Shown one piece after another: positions 1-11,659 of a stretch of DNA of 64,000 bases. The position numbers and the translations under genes were made by a program. A model generated the notes under the pieces. It had not been told where the DNA came from. It made no database searches and saw nothing but the letters and a program-made list of their open reading frames with translations. The number at the start of each line of letters is the position of its first letter. Position 1 is the first letter of the stretch. This stretch comes from Felis catus (lineage: Eukaryota), in assembly GCF_018350175.1 (NCBI RefSeq), contig NC_058368.1, positions 232,874,001 to 232,938,000 on the forward strand. The letters run 5' to 3'.

Positions 1-24
1 TTTGTCTCTTAAAGTCTTCATAGG

Positions 25-405
25 AGCGGTCATATGATTTTTGTCTTTCTCTGACTAATTTCACTTAGCCTAATACCCTCTAGTTCCATCCATGCTGAAA
101 ATGGCAAGATTTCATTCTTTTGATCACCAAGTAATATTCCATTGCATATATAAACCATATCTTCTTTATCCATTCACCAGTCGATGGACATCTGGGCTCT
201 CTCCATAATTTGGCTATTGTTGATAGTGCTGCTATAAACATGGGGAAGCATGTGCCCCTTTGAAACAGCACACCTGTATCCTTTGGATAAACACCTAGTA
301 GTGTCATTGTTGGTGGGTAGGATAGTTCTATTTTCAATTTTTTGATGAACCTTCAAACTATTTTCCATGGTGGCTGCACCAGTTTGCGTTCCGACCGGCA
401 GTGAA
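25..405 (-). mobile_element. LINE-1 fragment (carnivore type, ORF2 C-terminus/3' region)
   Basis: The minus-strand ORF 80..337 contains the L1 ORF2 C-terminal pattern PMFIAALSTIAKLW..P.CPS..EWIKK.W.IY.MEYY. Confidence 0.85.
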
Positions 406-861
406 GCTTGCTTCAAAATAAAAATTTTTATTGTGTTTACACTGGTTGATTTAGCTGGTGCCCAAGTTCTTTCCCATGCGGATGGGCTAATTCGCTTTCC
501 CCCTTGGGTGTAGAAATTGGCATTTCATCCAGACACAGTATGGTAGATAGTACTGGTCCATGAAGGGGGGTGTGGACATATAACCTTAATAAAGATGTGT
601 GACCATAGATCATAAGAGCCATAAAGAAGCTTAACATTTAAACTGACTTTGGGAATTTTTCCTAAGAAAATGACTCAATTGAATCAAATGACCCTTTGCA
701 TGAAAGTACATATTATTTCGTCTATGGCATGAAATAAGTGAAGATACCTACAGTATCCAGAAGGGTGGAAATGTTTAGCAAATTATGTAACCAAATGTAA
801 TGATGGGACACATGAAGAGAAAGATGGAGTTTTTGCATAAACATTTGAAATGTGTGTGTGG

Positions 862-1054
862 TTTTTTTTAATGTTTATTTAGTTTTGAGAGAGAGAGTAC
901 AAGCAGGGGAGGGGGAGAGAGAGAGGGACTGAGTATCTGAAGTGGGGTCTGTGCTGACGGCAGAGAGCCTGATGCAGGGCTTGAACTCACGAACCATGAG
1001 ATCATGACCTGAGCCGAAGTCGGATGCTTAACCGACGGAGCCACCCAGGTGCCC
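862..1054 (-). mobile_element. Can-SINE
   Basis: Reverse-complement head (gagccacccaggtgccc), (GA)n tract and T-rich tail. Confidence 0.9.
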
Positions 1055-1089
1055 AAATAAATAAAGTTTAAAAAATTTTTTTAAATAAA

Positions 1090-1255
1090 TAAAACTTTCT
1101 GCTCTGTGAGAGACACTGTCAATAAAATGAAAAGATAAGACACACATCAAGAGACACTATTTGCAGAAGACACGTCTGATAACAGACTGTTGCTCACAAT
1201 ATACAAAGAACTCTTAACAATAAGAAAACACACAGCTTGATAAAAGTGAGTTGGT
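1090..1255 (+). mobile_element. Old L1M ORF2 fragment
   Basis: aaaactttctgctctgtgagagacactgtcaataaaatgaaaaga...aatatacaaagaactctta resembles L1 ORF2 3' sequence. Confidence 0.65.
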
Positions 1256-1410
1256 GTTTAATCACCGCGACTGCATTAATTCCTGTAGTGATGCACATCT
1301 ACCTGTGGGACAGCTATGTTCTGACCTCTGCACATCTGCAATATCACCCGAGGCATTTTCTAGGTGGGCAATATTCTCATCTGTGTTGCATCGTGCTGTT
1401 TTTCTGGGGG

Positions 1411-1548
1411 TGTTTGTTGTTTTTGTTTTTAAGCAGGGTCCATGCCCAGCACAGAGCCCAGAGCAAGGCCTGAACTCATGACCCTGAGATAGACCTGAAC
1501 TGACACCAAGAGTTGGACGCTTAATAAACTGAGCCACCCAGGAACCCC
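1411..1548 (-). mobile_element. Can-SINE, short/older type
   Basis: Ends in actgagccacccaggaacccc; lacks the (CT)n region. Confidence 0.8.
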
Positions 1549-1756
1549 TGAATCATGCGTTTTTTTAACTTGTTTCCCTTGTGCTGGTTTAACTAATGTG
1601 TCTTTTGTGTATCACGTTTATTCTTAGAACGCCCAAACACGGATTCAATACATGTTAGTTTTGTCATACAGCCCAAAGGCCGTATTTTCCAAAAAATCTG
1701 GGCCTTTGTAAATGAAAGGTACAGTCAGCATCTTCAGCATTATTTTATAATGACTG

Positions 1757-1875
1757 TGTTTTCTCACCAAGGGCACTGTTGACATTTGGGTCAGGCAATG
1801 CTCAGCTCTGGAGGCTGTGTTGTGTTTGCAAAACGTTTAGCAACAACCCTGGGATCCACCCATGAATTACCAGCC
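1757..1875. mobile_element. MER20-like hAT DNA transposon fragment
   Basis: ggcactgttgacatttggg...ggctgtgttgtg...gtttagcaacaaccctgggatccaccca resembles MER20. Confidence 0.6.
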
Positions 1876-1976
1876 GTGTAGAACTAACCCAATAAAAGTC
1901 AGTTTGCACTTAGAGAATCTAATAGTTAAGAGGACCATAAAATTCCCAAGGATGCAGTGAAAAATTGTTGTTGTTG

Positions 1977-2187
1977 TTTTTTAAATTTAAACATTTATTT
2001 ATTCATTTTGAAAGACAGCACGAGCAGGGAAAGGGCAGAGAGAGAGAGGGAGAGAGAGAATCCCAAGCAGGCTGCGTGCCGTCAGCACAGAGCCCGACGT
2101 GGGGCTCGATGTCACGCACCATGAGATCATGACCTGAGCTGAAACCAAGAGTCAGATGCTCAACCGACTGAGCCACCCAGGTGCCCC
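1977..2187 (-). mobile_element. Can-SINE
   Basis: Full reverse-complement body ending gagccacccaggtgcccc. Confidence 0.9.
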
Positions 2188-3189
2188 AAATGTCGCTTTT
2201 TTAAAATTGATATCACCATTTTCTCTGCCATTCAAGTTGGTAAAGTATAACTAGATATTTTCAAATAAGAATGAATATTACTGTTTTGTTTATAACACAC
2301 ACACACACACAGGAAAGGAGAAATGTATCCTTCTTCTAGTGGCAAAACCTACCTCTAAATACATATTTAGTTCTAAAACATATTTTCAATAATTAAGTGT
2401 TCAATCTTAGGATTCCAACCAACAACCTTCTCTAAAGTGTGATTTTTCAAAACCAGGACAGTATACAAAATGAAAATAGTCCAAGAACTCCAACTTAAAA
2501 CAGTAAGACAAGAACTTCAGTAACTATTTTATCACAGAGGGAAACACAAAGTGGGGTAAAAAAACAAAAACAAAAACAAAAAGCAAAAAACAAAAAACAA
2601 AAAACAAAAAAAAACTGTGGCCCTTGACTTCACGAGCCTTATTGTCACAGAATGTCTGTGAATGCCCATAGGTTACTCTAAGGAAGCCGTCTTCCCAAAA
2701 TAACACTTTTTGTTGGGGCATGGAAGTAATTGACCACTCTTTCTTAATGTAATTTAGAATAAAGGTTAAAGCAATCAAAGTTTTGCCCACAGCACAAAAT
2801 ATTCTGCACAAGGAAAAAAAAATACATATTATATTCTTCTATAGAATTGGATTTTGTCTCTGGATAGAAAAAAAAATACACAGACTTAAAGTTTTGAGCA
2901 GAATTTTAAGAACATAAACCACCTTTGACGTTATCCGGAGAAAGAAATATTATTATTGCAGGCAGCTTTTTATTTGAAACAGCTTCAACTTTTTTCATGG
3001 AATATCATGCTGTTTTTTAGGGCTGCAGACAACTTTCCAAGAGGAAGCCTGGCAAAAATCCAGGGAATTCTGTGTTATACATCTATTGGAGAGGGCAAAC
3101 TTTAAAATATAAGCCCACATTAGGCATTAGTGAAGGTGTCAGTAAGCACAGCCACGCTGTTGATTGGTACAAAATTAATAATAATACCT

Positions 3190-3764
3190 TGTATTTGTCA
3201 GCATTCTTGAGATAAAAGAACTAATAAAAATATATATATATATATGATCATATAAATATATATATGTATTTATGTGTATAAATATATGAGCTTATATAAA
3301 TATATAAAAATATGTAAGCTCATATAAATATAAATATAAATATAAATATAAATATAAATATAAATGCTCATGCTTATGGAGGCCAAGAGGTCCCGCAAAG
3401 TCTTAACAAGCTGGAGACTCAGGAAAGCTGATGCTGGGACCAAGCCTGAGAACCCTGGTTGCTGATGGATGTACATTCCAGTCCAGATCTGAAGGCCTGA
3501 GCATCTAGGAGTGCTGAGGGCAGACGAATATTAGTGCCCGAGCTCAAACAATCTTCCTGCTCTCTCTAGTCCTAAGTAGATTGAATGATGCTCACCCATG
3601 CTGGGTCGGCGGCGGGTGGGGTGGGCACTGGGATTTGCACTCTACCAAGTCAAATGCTAATTTCATCTGGAAACACCCTCAGGGACACACTCAAAACTAA
3701 TGGTTAGCCAAACATCTGGGCGGCCATGATCCTGTCAAGTTGACACACAAAATCAACCATCACA
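3190..3764 (-). mobile_element. MLT2B-like ERVL solo LTR with internal (TA)n/(TAAATA)n microsatellite
   Basis: Typical MLT2 segments tatggaggccaagaggtccc...aagctggagactcaggaaagctg and terminal caagttgacacacaaaatcaaccatcaca; AT microsatellite at about 3230-3365. Confidence 0.75.
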
Positions 3765-3828
3765 AAATTCTAACGGTCAGCTCAGAATTCCACTTGTCCT
3801 ACAGTAACTTTTACAAAAACGATGTTCA

Positions 3829-4057
3829 GGGGCGCCTGGGTGGCGCAGTCGGTTAAGCGTCCGACTTCAGCCAGGTCACGATCTCGCGGTCCGTGAGTTC
3901 GAGCCCCGCGTCAGGCTCTGGGCTGATGGCTCGGAGCCTGGAGCCTGTTTCCGATTCTGTGTCTCCCTCTCTCTCTGCCCCTCCCCCGTTCATGCTCTGT
4001 CTCTCTCTGTCCCAAAAATAAATAAAAAACGTTGAAAAAAAAAATTAAAAAAAAAAA
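3829..4057 (+). mobile_element. Young felid SINEC_Fc
   Basis: CpG-intact head ggggcgcctgggtggcgcagtcggttaagcgtccg, poly(A) tail, perfect TSD acaaaaacgatgttca (3813-3828 / 4058-4073). Confidence 0.95.
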
Positions 4058-4187
4058 ACAAAAACGATGTTCATCGCAACCTGTTTGTAACAAACAAACA
4101 AACAAAATGAAAATAGCCTAAATTTCCTTCAGCAGGAAATCATCTACATGAACTTAGGCTTATTCTTGTAATGGCATACTCTGCAGC

Positions 4188-4404
4188 TTTTTTTTAATTT
4201 TTTTTAATGTTTATTTATTTTTGAGAGAGAAAGAGACAGAGCCTGCGCGGGGGAGGGGCAGAGAGTCAGACACAGAATCCGAAACAGGCTCCATGCTCTG
4301 AGCTGTCAGTACAGAGCCTGATGTGGGGCTCAAACTCACTGACCGTGAGATCATGACCTGAGCCGAGGTCGGCGCTTAACCGACTGAGCCACCCAGGAGC
4401 CCCC
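4188..4404 (-). mobile_element. Can-SINE
   Basis: Full reverse-complement body. Confidence 0.9.
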
Positions 4405-4409
4405 GAAGC

Positions 4410-4632
4410 TTTTATTCATTTATTTTTTTAATGTTTATTTATTTTTGAGAGAGACAGAGACAGAATGCGAGTGGGTTAGGGGCAGAGAGAGAGGGAGACA
4501 CAGAATCCAAAGCAGGCTCCAGGCTCCGAGCTGGCAGCACAGAGCCCCACACGGGGCTCAAACTCATGAACTGTGAGATCGTGACCTGAGCCGAAGTCGG
4601 ATGCTCAACCGACTGAGCCACCCAGGCGCCCC
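4410..4632 (-). mobile_element. Can-SINE inserted at the head of the previous SINE
   Basis: Full body flanked by ggagcccc(c/t)gaagctt on both sides. Confidence 0.9.
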
Positions 4633-4749
4633 TCTGGAGCCCCTGAAGCTTGTGTAAACAGGGAAACAGATTCTTTACTGACTGACATGAAAATGTGCTA
4701 ACAAGTAAAAAAGGCAGAAGTGAAGCGGTTTGTATAATCCTTGAGCCGC

Positions 4750-4895
4750 TCCGATGTTATTTCTCAGTTGTGATGAATGTGTTTTGGTTATGATAGATGT
4801 CAACATTGGGGGAAGGCAGGGTGAAGCGGATACAGGACTCCTGTACTCTCTGCAACTCTTCCATAAATCTAAAATTATTCTAGAATAAAAATTCA
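4750..4895 (+). mobile_element. Old L1M (L1MC-like) 3' end
   Basis: gatgtcaacattgggggaag...ctgtactctctgcaactcttccataaatctaaaattattctagaataaaa. Confidence 0.7.
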
Positions 4896-6581
4896 AGTAT
4901 CCATCCCGCAGTACATTTCTACTCTACTGCGAATAATATACTATATAATTGATTATTAACGTGGAAATGGTTTATCAAAATAAAAGACAAATATGGGAGG
5001 AAACTATGCAGAGGAGCTAACAAGCGTCCTATACTACGTCATGTGAGGCTGGTGTGAAGGCAGATATTAATTATCTCCTAATCCCTTAGCTCACACAAGA
5101 GACCTTTGGAGAAGATGCAAGAGGGAGGCCTGGAAAACAGGGAGAGGTGGAAAGTTGCAAATCTCAAGTGGCGGGGTCTTTAATACTTAATACTTAAAGA
5201 TCTTTTAATACTTAAAAGATTTGGGTAAGCAGTTAGGGGTCTGGATTATTCTGTTGTCCCAGACTCAGGTCTTTAGGGGGGCACTGAGGTCTCCGTGGGA
5301 AATTTATGGAGCGAGCAGGAGTTGTGTTTTCACCTGACCAGACAGGGAGGTGACAGAAGCTATGGAAACTGATCTTTGGGGGGAAAAATTCCTTTTCTAG
5401 GTTCACCCACACCGCAGCGCATCAACTTTGAATGCTTCCAGCCGAAGGTGGAATGCCATTCCCCCCCTTCTGCCACAGCTTCTTGCAGAAAGAGCCCAGC
5501 ACAGTAGGGAGTTGCCAGCTTCACCCGCCTTGGTGGGTAAGAACACGAGAGTACCCATGAGAAAGGAGGAAGGACAGATGCATCCCTGCCGCGGCTGAAC
5601 CGGGATGGACCAACCAGCCATGACAGAAAAAGTGTAGATGTTTAAAGTCTCTGTCTTTCCTGTTGTTTTGGGAGAAATGGAGCAGAACAAGATTTGCCTG
5701 TATTTTCATAAACAAAATGGTGTCCACATCACTTTGGAATGGTGGAGTACAGGTATACTCTGAACCCCAGAAGGAAGGACTTGCTTCATCCGTGGAGCTC
5801 TCAGGGGAATGCCAAGTCATTTCAAATGTGTTGAATGAATAGTTGAGGGCGGGAATCTTAGGCCCAGCAGATGGGGAGGCAGCAGGCACTGGATGGCAGG
5901 GGGAAAGCATCCATTACTTTTACGCATGTCTTCATTTGTCAACGGTGAGGGAAATGGCAAAAAGCCAATGGCCCTTTGCTCCTTTCCCCGGGGCCAGCAC
6001 ACATCACAACGCCAAGGTGAAAGGGCCATCGCAGAGCCAATCAGAGCCACCAAGACGAAATCATTGGGTGTTACCCCCGAATACACCGATGAGAGTGATG
6101 CGTACCATCGTTCTAAGCTGTCTTCTATTATTTCTTTAATTAGATGTTTTCTACTGACACCTGCTAGAGACTTTATGCGCTGCTATGTATTATTATTTGA
6201 AGACCACAAAAGTGAATCGTACATTCGTGTGCCTCATTTGATGGAGGAAAGGGCCATCAAGTGTAGCACTGGGACTTATTCTGTTTCTTGTTTTAGTTGA
6301 AATTCCTTTCTCTAACAAAGAGTGTTATACAAGTTAGAATTTTAAGATGAAACATGAACGTGGCAAACCAGTTGCAGGAATACTTAGGAAACTTCAGTGA
6401 AGTATTTCGGACTGGATTTATTATAGAAATTATCCATTTGATGATGTCTATTGAAACTGTATTATTTCTCTATTATTTCACAGACACAGGCAAACCTATG
6501 TCTGCCTCAAAGGAATATCTACAAGTATGTAAACCTAGGGATACGTGAGAAACCCTTCCATTTAAAACTGTGTACATAGAT

Positions 6582-6683
6582 GGGGCGCATGGCTGGCTCA
6601 GTCCCTGGAGTGTGCAACTCTCGATCTCAGGATGGTGAGATCGAGCCCCACGTGGGGTATAGAGCTTAAAAAAAAATAAAATA
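6582..6683 (+). mobile_element. Short, older Can-SINE
   Basis: tRNA-like head ggggcgcatggctggctcagt...gatcgagccccacgtgggg followed by an A-tail. Confidence 0.8.
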
Positions 6684-6928
6684 GGGGCGCCTGGGTGGCT
6701 CAGTCGGTTGAGCGTCCGACTTCAGCTCAGGTTATGATCTCACAGCTCATGGGTTCGAGCCCAGCATCAGGCTCTGTGCTGATGGCTCGGAGCCTGGAGC
6801 CTGTTCCGATCCTGTGTCTCCCTCTCTCTCTGCCCCTAATCCACTCGCATTCTGTCTCTGTCTCTCTCAAAAATAAATAAACATTTTAAAAAATCATAAA
6901 AGTAAATAAATAAAATCTTTAAAAAAAA
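6684..6928 (+). mobile_element. Can-SINE inserted in the A-tail of the previous SINE
   Basis: Full head, (CT)n tract, AATAAA tail. Confidence 0.9.
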
Positions 6929-7307
6929 CTGTGTGCAGAAATTTCCTTGTATATTGTATCTTACTTGTTTTTTATATATAAATAACATATAACCTATAGG
7001 ACATATATGATAGTACATATACATGATAACATATAACAATATATGATAATATATCACATGCAAAACATAAATATTTTGTAAACCTACCTCTCTCTATGCT
7101 TGTCGCATATGTAATAAACAAAATATTTTGTGATTTGGCATGTTGTTAAAAATGTTAAGTGAATTAAATACTCCACACTTGTTTGGAATTTTGGTGGAAA
7201 ACTTACAGTGTCCTGTCACATTAGGATCTTGGTCATATGTAGAGATTTCAAAATAAATAAATAAAATCATTTATTTATGTCGGAAACGTTTTGTTCTGTT
7301 TTTTGCG

Positions 7308-7535
7308 TTTTTTTTTTTAATTTTTTTTTCAACGTTTTTTATTTATTTTTGGGACAGAGAGAGACAGAGCATGAACGGGGGAGGGGCAGAGAGAGAGGGA
7401 GACACAGAATCAGAAACAGGCTCCAGGCTCTGAGCCATCAGCCCAGAGCCTGACGCGGGGCTCGAACTCACAGACCGCGAGATGGTGACCTGGCTGAAGT
7501 CGGACGCTTAACCGACTGCGCCACCCAGGCGCCCC
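7308..7535 (-). mobile_element. Young felid SINEC_Fc
   Basis: Near-identical to the 3829 copy in reverse; TSD tgttttttgcgtttt. Confidence 0.95.
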
Positions 7536-8778
7536 TGTTTTTTGCGTTTTAATGAATGAACTGGATGGCTTTAAAATGGTAACAGCTAGCAGAGCGGAAG
7601 AAGCTAGCTAATTAACTTGGTGGGAAATTTGGAATTATCCAGATACATTTTGTGATTATTAGTGTAAATTAGGTGGTAACTGCACTTTATCATGCTATCA
7701 CGTACAAAATAATTACAATATTTTGTCATAGCTAACTTCCAGAAAAGAAAGTGAATAAATGATATATGTACTTAGAAATGTCTGGGGAAAAAATTTCACA
7801 TGAAATTCTTTTAGTAATTGCATATTTAATTTATTGTTTACATTAGGAGTTTTAACTGTACAGGTAGAGATTTGCATATTTCTGAAGGAATATGTAAACG
7901 TAAAAATGGAAATTAATGTCAGTTGATTTATTGGAACAACAAAGATCTGAATCCTATAAAGGAAGGTGACAGGTAATTATAGAAATGCATATATGATTCA
8001 TAGGTAGAAAAATAATTTCTGCATGCATTAAGTGGACTGCAGAAAGGTTTGGACTCTTTATAGAACAGATGTTTCAGTGCCTAAAATCCTTAAAATGATC
8101 CATATGTTTTTTAATATAAGGATAAGCAGGTTTTAATAAAGCATTTCAACTGAAAAAAAGATTTTAAGTCCTAAAATAATCTAATATAAATACTGAAAAC
8201 AAGAAGTACAGTATAAACCAAATTTCAATAGCTGTCACTAACCATTTATTTTATATCAGTATATATTATATATTTTATAAGATCATTTATATTATGATGT
8301 CTACGTATATATCTATATATACAATTTGAATTCCTTAATTCTATTCTTTGAGTTGTCATGGTTCATTGTTGGTTTCAAATGAAGTCATTTCAGTTTAAAT
8401 GTCCCTGCATTTTAAAGTTTTATTTAGTCTTGAGGGTTACAACACTGTCTACACAAAAGTGTTCAAGAGAATTGCTGATTTGCACTGATGTTACAGATTT
8501 TAGGATTATGATTATATCTATGTTTGGATAATTTTTTTTTTGTTCAAATGTGATTTTGTCTCACATTATAAAAAGTGTATGCAATTAGGGCAGCATCAGT
8601 ACAATTTCTGGTGTTTGGGGAGATTATCTCTAAATATATTTTAATTAAAACAATGTGATTTGCATCTTCAACATATTTTCATGATTCAACTTTCTTAATG
8701 GTTTCTAGTGTATTCTTTTGAATTATTAATGATGCATTTTAAAATATCTTGCTCAATTTTCCATCTTGACTCTAAAAT

Positions 8779-9008
8779 TTGTTTTACTGTTTATTTATTT
8801 TTGAGAGACAGAGTGTGAGCAGGGGAGGGGCAGAGAGAGAGAGGAAGACACAGGATCTGAAGCAGGCTCCAGGCTCCGAGCTGTGAGCCCAGAGCCCGAT
8901 GGGGTGGGGCTTGAACTCACTAATGGTGAGATTAAGACCTGAGCTAAGTCTGAGGCTTATCCCCAGCCCAAGTCCTACTCTAACTGACTGAGCCACCCAG
9001 GCGCCCCC
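8779..9008 (-). mobile_element. Can-SINE with ~20-bp internal extra sequence
   Basis: Reverse body; TSD atcttgactct. Confidence 0.85.
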
Positions 9009-9996
9009 TATCTTGACTCTGAAACCAGCTACTTCAAATAACCACTCAGGAACTGAGATGATGTGGCCTGTTACCATCCAACATTCAGGAACGTATGAAC
9101 TTGGGGTGAGTGCAGAGAGGGGACACACTGGGAGTCAGTCTGACTGTGCGATCCCATTGTTTCCCCCTCCCGTAGGAAAGGAGGCTCCCCGCCCCCAGAT
9201 CTTGTGATCTTCCTGCTGTCCCACCTGTGGGATGGGTTTTCAGATGCGCCAGGTGTGTGGGGGGCAGAACCCCCAGGAAAGGTACTCAACCGCTGTGCTA
9301 CAGGCACCGCCGTCCTCAGCGTGGATTGTTTTGCCTGCAGTCAGAGGTTGGGAGCTGGCTTAGCTCACCAGCAGCATCCTTTTGTGCTACAGTGAGTGGC
9401 CTTCTTCCTTTCCTGCCACCCCCCTCTCCTAACCTCGAGTGGACAGCCCTCCTGAGCCTCAGTGGTGCCTTCTGCCTGCTGGGCTGAGCTCGTCTTCATC
9501 GGCCACCTCTGTTCCAGGGCCTCCGTCTCGGGGCCCCCGGGGCATTCCCACGGTGAGTCTGCTGGAAAGCCGAGTGTCCCCCTTAGAATTCAACCCATCG
9601 CTCTGAGTAGGACCCAGTGAAGACCAAGGTTTATGATACTGTCAGACGAATAAAGCAACGTGAAATAAGCAAGCACACCACATCTGGGATCATTTTCAGG
9701 GTTTTGGTTCTATTTTATAACCACCTATCACGATCGCCGAAAACACTCTCAGTGCAGCTGCGGTCTAAACGGTTCCGGGAGATTCTTTTCCATGTGTTTC
9801 CAGGCTCACCATGACGACATTTCAGCTCGGTCCTGGATTCAACGGTGGGTTGTTTTGCATGGATTTAGGGATCGGCTTCAACCTCACAAAGTTGTGGGTC
9901 TGATCTTTCATTCTCTCATGTGCCTTTAAAGTACATTCTGGCTTACAATTATTATTAATCAATGTAGGTAAATTTCACATCGTTTTTAAAATCCTC

Positions 9997-10235
9997 GGGG
10001 CGCCTGGGTGGCGCAGTCGGTTACGCATCCGACTTCAGCCCCGTCACAATCTCACGATCTCGAGGTCCGTGAGTTCGAGCCCCGCGTCAGGCTCTGGGCT
10101 GATGGCTCAGAGCCTGGAGCCTGTTTCCGATTCTGTGTCTCCCTCTCTCTCTGCCCCTCCCCCGTTCATGCTCTGTCTCTCTCTGTCCCAAAAATAAATA
10201 AAAAACGTTGGAAAAAAATAAATAAAATAAAATAA
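9997..10235 (+). mobile_element. Young felid SINEC_Fc
   Basis: Head ggggcgcctgggtggcgcagtcgg; TSD taaaatcct. Confidence 0.93.
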
Positions 10236-10648
10236 AATCCTGTTCTGCTCTCCTGGCATACCCTTCTTTCTGTTTTCATTAATGAAAAGGCACATGGCTC
10301 ACAGCGATCCTTTAATTCAGTTGTATTAACACTATTTCAGGTGATACCACTTCAAAGGGCACTTGGACTGAGGGAGTCTCTCACAAAAATATCCCAACCA
10401 GATATGTGATATTTGATTAATATTCCAAAGTACAACTACATGAGATCCACTGAAACCTTTATTAGGAGAACATTACAACTGATACGTAAGCCATCAGCCC
10501 TTTCTTTCTTAATCGTGTTCCTCAGTTACCAATGAAGATGTCATTCGTTTTTTAGGAAAGTGTAAAATGGCAGGATGAGGTTGACAATGCAGAGTTTATG
10601 TGTGAAGCAATCCAGTGAGACAGTCCTATGCCAGACCTGTCACTGTGT

Positions 10649-10933
10649 GACCCCCATTGGTAAGGGGAAAGCCAATCACAGTTTGTGCTGACCCCCATTG
10701 GTAAGGGGAAAGCCAATTACAGATTGCGTCGACCCCCATTGGTAATGGGAAAGCCAATCACAGATTGGGCCAACTCCCATTGGTAAGGGGAAAGCCAATC
10801 AGATTGTGTGGACCCCCATTGGTAAGGGGAAAGCCAATCACAGATTGCGTGGACCCCCCATTGGTAAGGGGAAAGCCAATCACAGATTGCGTGGACCCCC
10901 CATTGGTAAGGGGAAAGGCAATCACAGATTGAG
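10649..10933. repeat. Minisatellite, 7 copies of a 39-42 bp unit
   Basis: Consensus gacccccattggtaaggggaaagccaatcacagattgcgtg; units start at 10649, 10690, 10731, 10772, 10811, 10852 and 10894. Confidence 0.97.
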
Positions 10934-11448
10934 TTGTCTCTTTGCTGTTTCAGAACCGTGTACCTGCTAAGATTGGCTGAAAGTTTTGAAACCCTCTAAA
11001 ACATCAGAGGAGAAGGCAAGTGTTCTCCCACTTTGCTGGGCTTCCTCAGGAAGCACAAGAATCCCTCTGCAATCAACCACCCCTTGCCATGAACTTTCTC
11101 AGGCTGGGCATTCAGGCGTGCAGCGAGGACCCAGCTCTTTTATTTTGTTATGTGTGCTTATTGGGTGTCCACGTGCAACTCTGTATGAAGCAAGTCTTCA
11201 GGGAAAGCTGGGTGGCAAGGTTGGTTGGAGAGTGTATATATTTAAAATGCTACTCGGTTTATGGACGTAACATTTATAATTCATTTTATTAATGGAAGAA
11301 AAATGGATATCTAATGAAGAAATGAGATGGATAAGAACAGAACAGAATTCATAGCATAAAGGAATATAAAACCAAATGTGATGTCGTGTTGATAATTTAC
11401 TTCACATGGGATTATGAAAGGAATTTCTTTAAGAGACCAAGATTATGT

Positions 11449-11659
11449 GGGGCGCCTGGGTGGCTCAGTCGGTTGAGCGACCGACTTCGGCTCAGGTCAC
11501 GATTTCGTGTTCCGTGAGTTCGAGCCCCGCGTCCGGCTCTGTGCTGACAGCTCAGAGCCTGGAGCCTGTTTCGATTCTGAGTCTCCCTCTCTCTGACCCT
11601 CCCCTGTTCATGCTCAGTCTCTCTCTGTCTCAAAAATAAATAAATGTTAAAAAAAAAAA
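11449..11659 (+). mobile_element. Can-SINE
   Basis: Full body; TSD aagagaccaagattat. Confidence 0.93.

Noticed and set aside
3829..3910. tRNA gene-like A/B boxes (tggcgcagtcgg ... gagttcgagccc)
   Set aside because: These are the tRNA-derived heads of Can-SINEs, followed by (CT)n and poly(A); not tRNA genes.
5050..5400. Possible LTR-like segment (also 9010-9620 and 27270-28240)
   Set aside because: It has an old-repeat appearance but I cannot assign a family or boundaries without a Dfam search.
10649..10933. CRISPR-like array (conserved repeat with variable linker)
   Set aside because: The linkers are only about 5 nt and related to each other, there are no unique 25-45 nt spacers or cas genes, and the context is a mammalian intron. 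It is a minisatellite.
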